Shown: in pieces, positions 48,846-59,118 of the stretch
How positions within the stretch are numbered: position 1 is the first letter of the stretch
Layout of the letters: each line of letters begins with the position of its first letter
DNA from: a virus
Direction: 5' to 3' (one strand)
Virus record (IMG/VR): IMGVR_UViG_3300047440_000809
Coordinates: 32,001-96,000 of that record
DNA length: 64,000 bases
Notes under the pieces: model-generated
Told to the model about the DNA's origin: nothing
Seen by the model: only the letters and a program-made list of their open reading frames with translations
Databases searched by the model: none
Program-made: the position numbers and the translations under genes

Positions 48846-49141
48846 CGCGACATCCCCTTGCACATCTGGAAGTTGCGCAGCGCCGAGTTCACCAGGCGGC
48901 CGCCGAAGTACCAGAGACCTACCGCAGCGGCCGCACCCAGGAAGCCCGTGCCGACGCGCTTCTGCCCGAACTTGTAGATCGAGAAGACGCCTGCCCCGAG
49001 GCCCCCGAGCGCGGCCATGCCTCCCGTGATGACCAGTGGCTTGACCTGCATGGCGCAGAGCAGGTCACCTGTGGACGGGGGCGGGATCGCCGGTCCAACG
49101 TCGCCCGGGTCTGCACCGCTGATCGTGAACACGGTCTCCAT
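48842..49141 (-). CDS. Two-TM membrane protein
   Basis: Two Gly-rich hydrophobic helices. Confidence 0.55.
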   Translation of the reverse strand: METVFTISGADPGDVGPAIPPPSTGDLLCAMQVKPLVITGGMAALGGLGAGVFSIYKFGQKRVGTGFLGAAAAVGLWYFGGRLVNSALRNFQMCKGMSR

Positions 49142-49390
49142 GCACAGATAGTACCGCGGGGGCGCGGCCCCTGTCGAATCAGCGCCCGCCGTCGGGGAGG
49201 TGCTCGTCGGTCAGCGGAGGCGGCGTCGTGGGGTCGTTGCAGTTCTCGATGTTCGCGCACGGCTTGACCGGTGTGTTGTGGCTGTAACAGCCCGTGGCGA
49301 CAGTGGCGAGGAGAAACAGCAGCGTGAACTGGCGCATGCCAACAGCCTACCACTTTTGACTTCGCCCCGTGCAGCGGTACCATCGAAGGC

Positions 49391-49975
49391 ATGAAGAACC
49401 TCTGGAACAGCAAGGCCGCGCACGTGCTCATCCTGGTCGCTTCGGTCGCTGTCGGTGCGCTGCTGTCGCTCCAGCACGATCACCCGGCGTTCCATGCACA
49501 CCTCATCGCGAACGCGCTCGTCGCGGTCTACGCGCTGGAGAAGATCCTCACGGACAAGCCCACCACGGTGGCCGGCGCAGTCAAGGACGTGCTCGACAAG
49601 GCGCCTCCAGCGGCCGTGCTCCTGCTTGCCATGCTGCTGCCGCTCTCGGGTTGCCCGAAGCCGGTCCCGGGCCCGAACACGCCTGACGCGGCTGACGCGG
49701 CCGCAGGGCCCACGGCCGGTGGAGCCTTCAGCGCGTGCACCACGGACGCCATCAAGACTACCGCCCAGGGACTGCTCGGGAAGGTCGCCAACGCGCTCGC
49801 CACGGGCGACTACGTGACACAGCTCGCCCAGCTCGGAATCGACTTCGGCACGGCCGAGGTCAAGTGCGCCGTGCAGCTCGCCGTCGATTCGCTGCACCGG
49901 AAGGCGTCGGCCGACCCACTCGCCGGAACGCAGCTGTCGCACGGGAACGCCTGGCTCAAGATGCAGGGCCTGTGA
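49391..49975 (+). CDS. Membrane protein (holin/spanin-like possible)
   Basis: Hydrophobic helices, internal LSGC lipobox-like motif. Confidence 0.5.
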   Translation: MKNLWNSKAAHVLILVASVAVGALLSLQHDHPAFHAHLIANALVAVYALEKILTDKPTTVAGAVKDVLDKAPPAAVLLLAMLLPLSGCPKPVPGPNTPDAADAAAGPTAGGAFSACTTDAIKTTAQGLLGKVANALATGDYVTQLAQLGIDFGTAEVKCAVQLAVDSLHRKASADPLAGTQLSHGNAWLKMQGL

Positions 49976-50670
49976 TGCAGATCGGGGTCGTCAACAAGTC
50001 GTCGACGCTCAGCGCGACCGCCCTGGCGTTCATCGTTGACGCCTGGGATCGCCAGGCCAAGGAGTTCGCCGACGACTGGGGCGTGCCCTACACCCCAGTC
50101 GTCCTCTACGACACCGAGAACGGCCTGCCGACCGACACGGGCGAGGTGCGCCTCCTGACCATCCAGGACGTGCTCGACGCGCCAGACGCACTGGGGTACC
50201 ACGACGACGTACTGGGCGTCATCTTCGCGCGCATCCTCGCCGATAACAACGCCGAGGCGGGGCCGCACGAGGTCTGCGAGGAGGAAGGCGACCCCACGTG
50301 CGACCTCTGGATGCCGATGGGTGACGGCCGCGAGGTGGCGAAAGAGAGCTGTGATCCGGTAGAGGGCGACAGCTACGACCAGGAGGCCACGGTCGGCGAC
50401 GAGACCCGCCAGGTGCCCGTCTCGAACTACGTGCTGCCGTCCTGGTTCGACCCGAACGGCAAGGCGCCGTACGACAAGAAGGGGCTGCTCAAAGCGCCGC
50501 TGACCATGACCCCCGGCGGGTACATGATCGTGCGCGACGCGGCGGGCGATGTGGAGGACGTGTTCGCACAGAACCGCCGTGTGGAGCCCGGGGGCGAGGA
50601 AGGCCGACTGATGGCGGAGCGGAAGAAGGCGCGGCCGGACTCGCGCCTGGCACGCCGGCTACGTGGTTAG
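49975..50670 (+). CDS. Putative metallopeptidase-like protein
   Basis: ALGYH, HEVCE..GDP, ESCDPVEG, VSNYVLPSWF. Confidence 0.55.
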   Translation: MQIGVVNKSSTLSATALAFIVDAWDRQAKEFADDWGVPYTPVVLYDTENGLPTDTGEVRLLTIQDVLDAPDALGYHDDVLGVIFARILADNNAEAGPHEVCEEEGDPTCDLWMPMGDGREVAKESCDPVEGDSYDQEATVGDETRQVPVSNYVLPSWFDPNGKAPYDKKGLLKAPLTMTPGGYMIVRDAAGDVEDVFAQNRRVEPGGEEGRLMAERKKARPDSRLARRLRG

Positions 50671-51080
50671 GGCGACCTTCAGTTCGCCTGCATCCGCCCC
50701 ACCGCCAGCAGGTACTCCTCGATCGACAGCTTCTTGAACGTCTCGCACGGAGGGTGCGTGTGAAAGAGCTGTGGCGGGGTCTCCGTCGCGATCACGCTCT
50801 GCTTGCAGAAGGGGCATTCGAACTGGACGCCTTCGCCGGTCTTTACCCGTTCCACACCGACGATTGTACCGCCGTCACGCCGAGCCCCGAAGTGCGCGGG
50901 TGAACACCCCGGGGATGTTCACGTGTTCGTAGATCCAGTCGAGGCACGCGTCCTCCAGCTCCTTGGCTGACCACGTGCCCATCCCGATCGTGGCGAGCAC
51001 CTCGGCGATCCCCGTCCACTCGCCACCAGAGCCTCGCAGGCCCGCGGCGTAGGCGACGACGTGCTCGGGGATCGGCGCGC

Positions 51081-51254
51081 TCATGGGGTCTTGCGCCTGT
51101 TCTTTCCCGAGGCCGCACCGCCCTTGCGTCCGGCCGCGCGGGCTTCTTCCGCGTCGAACTCGTGTGCGGTGCCCTTCACGTGCGCCGCCTTGCCACCCTT
51201 CGAGCTGATCTCGCGGCGGCGCTCGGGCGTCAGCGCACCGAACCCACGCGGCAT
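51081..51254 (-). CDS. KGG-motif general stress protein (not in ORF track)
   Basis: RGFGALTPERRREISSKGG...AHEFDAEEARAAGRKGG. Confidence 0.8.
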   Translation of the reverse strand: MPRGFGALTPERRREISSKGGKAAHVKGTAHEFDAEEARAAGRKGGAASGKNRRKTP

Positions 51255-51540
51255 CAGAGGGCCACCATCATCACTTCGACGACGGCCACGTCGCCATCGA
51301 GCGCCTTGTACTCGACGGCCACGTAGTCCTTCTCGGCGCCGTCCTCGTCGTTGTCCTCGACCTTGAGGTGTTCGAGCGCGCGCTTGCGCAGGCGGGCGAT
51401 GACAGCGAACGCCTGGCGAACCTCCTCGGGGTTGTCGATGGGGATGCGCATCTCGGCGTGCTGCACGAAGTTCTCGTTGCTGATCTCGCGCACGGTGATT
51501 TCAGGCATGACGAGAAGCTTGCCAGCTTGTTGGCAGGTGG

Positions 51541-51996
51541 TCAACGGCGGAAGCGCCGGCTGCCGGTGTACGTCGTCACTGTCGTCGTCCGCGTTGTGCC
51601 GGGGAGATTGCCGAGGGTCTTCTCGAAGTCCTGGATGATCTTTTCGGCATTGCCCATGAGGGCGTCGAACGACTTCTTGAACTCCGCCGACTCATTCTGC
51701 TCGGCGGTTTTGTGCATGCTGATCCCGTGACCCGGCGCGAGCGCCTCGGCGGCGTGCATGGCACGGAGAGCGCGACGATGCGGCGGCCACCATCGGTGCA
51801 GGATCCCGCAGGACCACACGACGCCTTCATCCTCTGCGTGCAACACGAACGTGGGGCCACCGACACGACCGTAGCCGAGCACGTAGCCTGCGAAGGCGAA
51901 CCGGCCAGCGTCGAGGTGTTTGACGACGACTCCGAACCACGTGCGCGCGTCGGTGAACAAGGCAGTGATGCGCGTGCCGATCGGCGGGAGAGCCAT
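51541..51996 (-). CDS. EGxxWxRGW-family protein 15
   Basis: PIGTRITA N-terminus; EDEGVVWSCG...ALRAMHAAEAL. Confidence 0.65.
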   Translation of the reverse strand: MALPPIGTRITALFTDARTWFGVVVKHLDAGRFAFAGYVLGYGRVGGPTFVLHAEDEGVVWSCGILHRWWPPHRRALRAMHAAEALAPGHGISMHKTAEQNESAEFKKSFDALMGNAEKIIQDFEKTLGNLPGTTRTTTVTTYTGSRRFRR

Positions 51997-52361
51997 CAGC
52001 GCTTCGTGCCTGTAGAGAAGCCGCCGATAAAGGGGACGCCGCCGCTGACCATGGAGCCGACGTAAGACGTCATCGGGTTCGGATACATGCTTGCAGTCAC
52101 GGCAGAACCAGGGCTCTGTGTGGCAGGAGCCGACACGATCAGCGCATACGCGGCCTGCGCCGCCTTCGCCTCGTCAGAGCCGAGCAGGTGATGCCCACGC
52201 AGCCACATGGCGCCCTCGTCTTCGTGCTTCAGCAGCGAGCCACCGAAGTCGATCGTGGAGAAGCCTTGCCGGTTCACCGTCTCGACGACTTCGAGAACCA
52301 CGCTGTTCGGCAAGATCCGTGTGATCGGATCGTCGACGGTTACGCGCTTGGGCGCGCTCAC
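51996..52361 (-). CDS. EGxxWxRGW-family protein 16
   Basis: EDEGAMWLRGHH...EAKAAQAAYAL. Confidence 0.65.
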   Translation of the reverse strand: MSAPKRVTVDDPITRILPNSVVLEVVETVNRQGFSTIDFGGSLLKHEDEGAMWLRGHHLLGSDEAKAAQAAYALIVSAPATQSPGSAVTASMYPNPMTSYVGSMVSGGVPFIGGFSTGTKR

Positions 52362-53593
52362 AGCGTCACCGTCCGGGGCCCGCGGGCTACGTCCTGGCAG
52401 TCGACGATCGCCTGGGCGTGCTCGGCCAAGTACGCATAGTCGACATCGGTGTGGGCCGTCACGATGACCACGCAGTCGTACTCGGCCACGGCGTCGAACT
52501 CCACGCTTGTCATCCCCGCGAACTGGAACACGCGATGGTCGTAGTAGCGCACGTGTGCATGCTGCTTCCGTAGCAACTCCAGAATCGTCAGTGCCGGCGA
52601 CTCGCGCACGTCGTCGACGTCGGGCTTGTAGGCGACACCCATAAGCAGCACCTTGGAACCGTTCAGGGGCTTGCGTCGTGCATTCAAGACCTCCGCCACG
52701 CGCGACACCACGAACGCGGGCATCTCCCGATTGACCTCGTCGGCGAGCGCGATGAAGCGCGACGTGTAGTGGAGCGTCTTGAGCTTCCACGCCAGGTAGA
52801 GCGGGTCGACCGGGATGCAGTGGCCCCCGAGCCCTGGGCCCGGGTAGAAGGGCATGAACCCGTAGGGCTTGGTGGCGGCCGCACGGATGACCTCCCAGAC
52901 GTTGAGCCCGAGGCGATGGCACATGAGAGCCGTCTCGTTGACGAGCCCGATGTTCACGGCGCGGAACGTGTTCTCCAGGAGCTTGACCATCTCGGCCGCG
53001 TCGGTGGACGACATCGGCACCACGTAGTCGACGAATGTCGCGTAGAGCTTGATGGCCATCGTCATACTTGCCGGCGACGCTCCCCCGAGCACCTTGGGCG
53101 TGTTCCGCACGCCGTAGGTCTTGTTGCCTGGGTCGGTGCGCTCGGGCGAGAAGGCCACGAAGACGTCGCGGTCGAGAACGAACCCAGCGGCTTCGAGCTT
53201 GGGCACGAGCACCTCGCGCGTGAAGCCGGGGAAGGTGGTGCTCTCCAGGACAACGAGGCAGGGCGCGCGCATGTGGGCGACGACCGTGTCGAGCGCGGCG
53301 ATGATGTAGGAGTTGTCCGGGTCGCGCGTCTTGGACAGCGGCGTAGGCACGCAGATGATGATGGCGTCCGCGTCGGCGAGGATGGCCGGATCGGTGCTCG
53401 CTTGAACCATGCCGCTGCCGGCGCTCAAGTCGACGCCCGGGATGTACGAGCGTCCGTAGTTGATCTCGTCGACCTTATCCCGGTCCGTGTCGAGCACGAG
53501 CGTGGTGTGCCCTGCGTTTGCAATCTCGACGGCCAGCGGGAGCCCCACGTAGCCCGCACCGATGACCACGACCGTGGCGACGTCGTTGGTCAT
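52358..53593 (-). CDS. wbpA: UDP-N-acetylglucosamine 6-dehydrogenase (WbpA-like)
   Basis: IGAGYVGLPLA, CVPTPL, ESTTFPG, SPER.DPG, KLLENTFRAVNI, GGHCIPVDP, AYKPDVDDVRESP. Confidence 0.85.
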   Translation of the reverse strand: MTNDVATVVVIGAGYVGLPLAVEIANAGHTTLVLDTDRDKVDEINYGRSYIPGVDLSAGSGMVQASTDPAILADADAIIICVPTPLSKTRDPDNSYIIAALDTVVAHMRAPCLVVLESTTFPGFTREVLVPKLEAAGFVLDRDVFVAFSPERTDPGNKTYGVRNTPKVLGGASPASMTMAIKLYATFVDYVVPMSSTDAAEMVKLLENTFRAVNIGLVNETALMCHRLGLNVWEVIRAAATKPYGFMPFYPGPGLGGHCIPVDPLYLAWKLKTLHYTSRFIALADEVNREMPAFVVSRVAEVLNARRKPLNGSKVLLMGVAYKPDVDDVRESPALTILELLRKQHAHVRYYDHRVFQFAGMTSVEFDAVAEYDCVVIVTAHTDVDYAYLAEHAQAIVDCQDVARGPRTVTL

Positions 53594-53862
53594 CTGGTCA
53601 CGAGCGCTCGCGCGACCAGTAACGCCTGGACGGCTTCGGAGGCATCGTCGTGCCAGCCGCGCGTCCACGTGATGCCCTCGTCATCGACAAGGACGGTCTC
53701 GCTGTAGACGGCGCCGTTGTACCACCGGAAGATCGTGCCGGATCGAATCGGATTTCTCGTGGCCCACCCGTCTACGGTAGCCCGATGCACGTGCCCCGCG
53801 GCGCTCACGACGGTGACGTACGGCCAGTCCGTGCGCTCGTACGTCACCGCCGCGGTTGACAT
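53590..53862 (-). CDS. EGxxWxRGW-family protein 17
   Basis: DDEGITWTRGWHDDASEAVQALLVARAL. Confidence 0.75.
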   Translation of the reverse strand: MSTAAVTYERTDWPYVTVVSAAGHVHRATVDGWATRNPIRSGTIFRWYNGAVYSETVLVDDEGITWTRGWHDDASEAVQALLVARALVTR

Positions 53863-54009
53863 CAGCTCAGCGCCCCAGCAGCCGCCGGTTGTGGTTGGGG
53901 CAGTAGCTCCCGCACAGCCCGCCGGCCTTGACGTGGGTTCGAACGCGGAAGCGGCCGGGGGGAATCGTGTCCCAGGTCTCTCGTGCCTTTCGGATCGTGG
54001 TGCTGACTC

Positions 54010-54264
54010 TCATGTCGGTTCTCCTTGTTGGGTGTTGGTTTCGAGTAAGGTGTTCGCGATGATCAGCGCACGCAGCTCCTCACTATCCTTGCCGTGGAAG
54101 CCCCGAATCCAGTACATGCCTTCGTCGTCGGGGCTCAGGCGCCAGCCGCCGGGGAACGCCTCTATCACACCGTCCTTGTCGATCGCGCGTACGCGCCCGC
54201 GCGCTATGAACATACCGTCCAGCAGCACCGTGATGTCATCGCCGACGATGAGGGGCGTGCTCAC
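54010..54264 (-). CDS. EGxxWxRGW-family protein 18
   Basis: LIVGDDITV; DDEGMYWIRGFHGKDSEELRALIIANTL. Confidence 0.7.
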   Translation of the reverse strand: MSTPLIVGDDITVLLDGMFIARGRVRAIDKDGVIEAFPGGWRLSPDDEGMYWIRGFHGKDSEELRALIIANTLLETNTQQGEPT

Positions 54265-54509
54265 GCAGCCCCTCCTACCAGCGCGTGCGCGGCGAGCAAT
54301 GCTCTGGCCTCGGGTGCGTCAGGCTCGTGGTGATCGCGAATCCAGTGCGTGCCTTCGTCGCGCAGCACGAGTTCGCCGTACGTGCCGGTGCCGCCCCGCC
54401 AACGGAAGCATCCAGGTTCGTGCCACTGGTACACGTTCGCTCGACGCAAGTGCCCACCTACAACAATCGTGATGGCGTTGCCGAGCCGGAGTTGTCGCCG
54501 GCTCCTCAC
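54261..54509 (-). CDS. EGxxWxRGW-family protein 19
   Basis: LRLGNAITI; RDEGTHWIRDHHEPDAPEARALLAAHAL. Confidence 0.7.
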   Translation of the reverse strand: MRSRRQLRLGNAITIVVGGHLRRANVYQWHEPGCFRWRGGTGTYGELVLRDEGTHWIRDHHEPDAPEARALLAAHALVGGAA

Positions 54510-54940
54510 TTCCCTGCTCCGTGGAACGTGTCGCTGCGCCCCTGGTAGACATCGGCCAGCGCGGTGAACCCCGCTTCGCGCTTCACCGACTCCGCCTCGG
54601 ACATGCCCAGCCCACGTCGAATGAAGTGACGGGCGAGCCCGGCCTTCGACATCTCGCGACGGGCAGCGCCAATCACCAGCAGCGCGATTGTGGCGGCGTC
54701 GAGGCTGAGCCCGGCGAGCCCGCTGGAGATGACGTTCTCGGTCTCTTCGAGGTGATTCGCCTGCGCCGCGGTGGCGCCGAGCCCCCGGCGGATGTGGAAG
54801 CGCGCCAGCTCGGCGACGTTGCCCTGGGCGTTCGTGGTGGCCTGGTCGCACAGCGCCTGGGCGACGTCGCGTTCGAGACGCAGCCCCGTAAGGACGGAAC
54901 CACCCTTGATGCCCTTGTCGCGGCGCCGGGCGGCGGTCAC
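54506..54940 (-). CDS. Tandem ribbon-helix-helix-like regulator
   Basis: Two copies of GL.L...LAR..IRRGLG. Confidence 0.55.
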   Translation of the reverse strand: MTAARRRDKGIKGGSVLTGLRLERDVAQALCDQATTNAQGNVAELARFHIRRGLGATAAQANHLEETENVISSGLAGLSLDAATIALLVIGAARREMSKAGLARHFIRRGLGMSEAESVKREAGFTALADVYQGRSDTFHGAGK

Positions 54941-55263
54941 GGCAAGAGCACACGCGCCAGGAAGATGAGCACCAGCCCGAGGACGTTCTTGGTGATGCGG
55001 TAGCTCACGAACAGCGCCGGGGGGAACCAGAGCGGCGCCAGGACGATCCGCCAGGGCGTGGCAACGAGATGTGCAGCACGGAGGAGGATCAAGACGGCCA
55101 AGACGAGCAACCAGACACCGGCGTAGCGGTCGCAGCGATGTCCGGCGGCGAGAACGCGGGCTCTGCCAGCGTCGATGGAGGACGGGCTCGCTGAGGGCTG
55201 TTTTTCCACCGTGAGAATCGTGCCCCAATCCCGTAGTGGCCGCCATCCTGAACATTCGCTCAG

Positions 55264-55281
55264 TCTTAGCAATTGCTAAGA
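55264..55281. promoter_or_regulatory. Perfect 18-bp palindrome in divergent control region
   Basis: TCTTAGCAATTGCTAAGA in AT-rich DNA. Confidence 0.6.
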
Positions 55282-55326
55282 TTTATCTTGCGCAAAACAT
55301 ATATTCTGCGCTAGGGTGTCCCCAAG

Positions 55327-57626
55327 ATGAGCCAGAAAACGAAGCCGGTCAAGAGGGGCGGAAACGATACGGCCTCGGGCGGCCCACCCAGCGCCGACCA
55401 CGTCTACGGTATCAAGCGCGATCGGGGCCGCACAGGCTTCGGCAGCGGTCTTGTCCCGCCCGCTGCCGTCAAGCTCACCAAGGCCCAGCTCGACGAGCTG
55501 AAGCGCCTGGCGAACGGACCGCAGCACTCGTACGGGAAGGGACGCGTGCGCGTCCACAACAACCTGCGCCGCCACGGGCTCGCGATGATCGGGCACTCCG
55601 ACGGCTTCATGTGTTGGATCACGCAGGCGGGGCGGGACTTCCTCGCGAAGGCGGCGCGATGAGCTGCCCCGCGACGTTCATGACTCGGAAGGGCACGGCG
55701 CTTCGTTGTCAGTCCTCAGCGACTGGAGGTGCCGAGCACGCTCCCGCGCCTTACTTTCCACACGCCAGGCACTACGCCCACTCCGCCGAACACGCCGGCA
55801 CGGTCGCGTGGGACGGGCTGTGGGGCTATGAGGACCCCCAGCTCCACACGCACGTCGCGACGCTCTGCACGGCCGCGTGCACGCCAGAGAAGCACATCGG
55901 CGGTGCAACGGCACCGGGGCTAGACCCTCCGGCTGATCGTGCCCGCCAGCTCCTACGCGACACCATCGACGTCGAGGACAAGGCCGTGGTCGAGGGCGCC
56001 GCCATGCTCGCCGCCGGGCACGGCGTACGGTTCGTCTTCACGGTGCGGAACGGTGTGCACGTGGACGTGCGGGCGGAGCGCGTCGACTACGACGCGAAGG
56101 GAAGGATTCGATGAAGACCATCTACAAGTACGCAGCACCGATCGACGACGATCTGACCATCATGATGCCCGCAGCCGCCGAGGTGCTCTGCGTGCAGCTA
56201 CAAGGTGCCGGTCCGCAAATCTGGGCGCTGGTCGACCCGAGCGCGCCTCACGAGTTGCGGCGCTTTCACTGGCGTGGCACCGGGCATCCCGCCGATGGGC
56301 TCGGCCGCTACGTCGGCACGGTGCAGGGGGCAGGCGGCGCGCTCATCTTCCATCTGTTCGAGAGGAGAATCGGATGACCTCGCCCTCCAAATACTTTGCG
56401 CCGCAGGCGCCGGTGTCCGAAGACGAAGACGTCACCATCGAAGCACTCCAGCGCGCTGGCATCGTCAGCAGCGCCCCGACGCTTGCCAAGCCCGCTGGCA
56501 GCTCCCCCGCCCTGCGCATCGCCTGCCCGGTGTGCGCCGCGCCGCCCGGCGCCTACTGCATGAAGGGGCACGGCAAGATCCAGGTGATCGCCCACAAGCG
56601 TCGACGCGAGATGGAGGAGGCAACCCGTGGCACGTAAGGCCCCGAAGCTCCCCGTCTTCGGCGCAACAGCCAAGCCGGGGCTCGTCGTCATCGTCGGTGG
56701 CGCCGGCTACAACTTCGGCTGCGGGACCTGCGGACGGCGCTGGGATATGCCCTATGGTGGCTACGCCGTGGGCTTCGTGAAGGCGGCTGCGAATACGCAC
56801 ACCTGGCGATGCGCTCGGCTGACCCCGCAGGAGCGCCGCAAGCAGAACGCTCGGGATGAGCGTCGGTGGGCAAAGACGCCGCCCAAGAACGCAACGGTCT
56901 ACAACATGCCTGACCACCCGGGGCTACGCGAATGACGAAGCATCTCGACGTCGCCGGCACCACGTACAACGACATCGTCACCTGGCGCTGGGAGCGCTCG
57001 CGCATGCGCTGGGTGTCGACCCTGAGCGACGGCACTGAGCTGGTGGTTGCGCTCCAGCGCTTCGGCCGACGGTCGTTCTGGAACCCGTCGGTCAACGGCA
57101 AGGCGCTACCGAACAACGGGTTCCACGATCCCGAGGCGGCACAGCACGCCGCATTCGTAGCGTGGCAGACCCGCGTTCCGGTGAAGCTTGCCGACATCGC
57201 TTCCAAGATCCGCGCGCACCTCAAACGGTTCGAGGCCGACCCCAAGATCAACACCAAGCGCCGTGGCCTATCTCGCTACTACGGTGCAGGCGCACACGCC
57301 AGCGGCGCTCGTGTCGGCATGCGGTACATCGCGTTCCAGGGCGTTACCTACGTGTCCAAGGCCGACGCACTTCGATACCTGGCGTGGCTCGACGCAGGCA
57401 ACGTGGGTCGGCACTTCGAGGCGCTGCGCGAATGACCTCTCGCAGGCGTCCGAAGCTTCCCCACGGCTACTGCCCGCGCTGCTTTCGGTGGATCGCGCTC
57501 GTCGTTCCCGCAGGCGGTGACGGGTCAATCCTGGTCTTCCGCACGCACGTGGGGAAGGTCGCACCGCCGGTAACGCTTCCGAGGAGGTGTGACGGGTCGC
57601 GCATGGAAGGGACACCGACGCGATGA
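55327..57626 (+). CDS. Operon of seven small phage-type hypothetical proteins (55327, 55659, 56111, 56374, 56627, 56932, 57432)
   Basis: Successive overlapping starts/stops; several CxxC motifs. Confidence 0.55.
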
Positions 57627-57676
57627 GCTGGTTCAACTACAGCAAGCCCCAGAGGACGCAATGATGAAAGGACCAC

Positions 57677-58615
57677 ATGAAAGCTAAGAAGACCGATCGT
57701 ACTGCTGCACGCACACTGGACACGGCTGTCGAAGCTCTTGGGAACCAACCCTCGAAAGCGACTGTGCGCCGTGCGCTTGGAAAGCCCATAGACGGTCCGC
57801 CCACAGCGGGCCGTCCCGGTGCGGGGGGAAAGACACGTGAGCGCACCACGATCCAGATCGCGCTACCACGTTTTGGCGTCGTGCCGCTGTACGTAACAGG
57901 TCAGCTCGGCTCACCGTTGATCATGCATCGGTGGGGCAAGAAGGCGATCCGCGAGATGTTGGGAAAGCACATGGGGCACGACATCCCGCAGGCTGACAAG
58001 CAGCCGTTCGAGGACTTCGTGGACACGCTCTATCGTGAGCCGAAGACGGGCGAGATGGCTGTGCGCTCGGTCATGTTCAAGGCTGCGATGCTCGCCGCGC
58101 TTCGTGAAACGCCGGGCGTGACACGCGCTGATGCTATCACCGGCATTTCGATTCTCGGCGAGCTTTCTCCCATCTATGGGCAACCGACCAACCGATTGGA
58201 CCCAGTGAAGATCGGTCCGTGGGATGCACGGGTATCCGATCTCCGCTTCCGTGGCGAATACGCCGACTGGCTGGCCGTGCTCACGTTCCGTTACAACACG
58301 GCGGCGATTTCACTGACCGCGATTCACAACCTGCTGGCGACCGCAGGTGCACTCTATGGCGTCGGCGAGTGGCGCCCGACGCGCAACGGTGTGAACGGGC
58401 TTTTCTCTGTTGTTGAGAAGACCGAAGCCGAGAAGCTGATGAAGCGGCTCGGGCGCTGGAAGGTGGCTAATTTAACACCGGAAAATACCGGTACGATGGC
58501 GATTCTGGAAGAGTACGGTCTCGATGCCGCCACACTGGCCAAGCTCAAGACTGCCCCTCGATCCACAGTCGACCCCGCGAACGGGGGCGCAAACGGCACG
58601 AGCATTCACCCGTGA
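57677..58615 (+). CDS. Stand-alone RAMP/Cas7-like protein
   Basis: VTG..GSPLIMH first strand, FKAAM helix, DLRFRGEYADW.A.L, Gly-rich loop AG..YGVGEWRP.RNGVNGLF. Confidence 0.7.
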   Translation: MKAKKTDRTAARTLDTAVEALGNQPSKATVRRALGKPIDGPPTAGRPGAGGKTRERTTIQIALPRFGVVPLYVTGQLGSPLIMHRWGKKAIREMLGKHMGHDIPQADKQPFEDFVDTLYREPKTGEMAVRSVMFKAAMLAALRETPGVTRADAITGISILGELSPIYGQPTNRLDPVKIGPWDARVSDLRFRGEYADWLAVLTFRYNTAAISLTAIHNLLATAGALYGVGEWRPTRNGVNGLFSVVEKTEAEKLMKRLGRWKVANLTPENTGTMAILEEYGLDAATLAKLKTAPRSTVDPANGGANGTSIHP

Positions 58616-59112
58616 GGGGCACCGAGCTGCTGGTGGCAAAGAAGTACCGCTGGAAATCTGGGTTCCGGCTGCGCGGCAACCCTGCACTTGTCGGACAACG
58701 CATCGAGCAGATCACGCAGCGAAGAGGCCGCTGCACCCGGGAGGACATCTACACAGACGCGCGGCAACGCGCGTCGCCCTTCCGTGCAGATCTGTATTCG
58801 AAGACGACCGATGCCATGATTCGCGAATGGCGATTGGAAAAAGCGAGTGAGATCCTCCGCGCAATTCAAGTGGTGGAGATCGAAATGGTCGGAGGTGCCG
58901 AGACAGAAGTTGCAGCCCCACTTGTGTCGTTCATCCCTGAACGCGAGTACATGTTGACGACGCGCGTACTACACGACGTCGACCTGAGAAAGGAGCGGTT
59001 GGCGCAGATTGTTCGCGAGCTGGAGACATTTCGCTACAAGTTGCACGGCTTCAAGCTGCTCGTGGCGATGATCGATCGTGTGATTGCACGGGCGAAGAAG
59101 CTGAAGAAGTAG
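58612..59112 (+). CDS. Putative partner of the RAMP-like gene
   Basis: GTGA overlap; YRWK.G...VG..IEQI...AR..ASPF...WRLEKA..ILRAI.V...EL..FRYK. Confidence 0.7.
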   Translation: MRGTELLVAKKYRWKSGFRLRGNPALVGQRIEQITQRRGRCTREDIYTDARQRASPFRADLYSKTTDAMIREWRLEKASEILRAIQVVEIEMVGGAETEVAAPLVSFIPEREYMLTTRVLHDVDLRKERLAQIVRELETFRYKLHGFKLLVAMIDRVIARAKKLKK

Positions 59113-59118
59113 TTCTGT

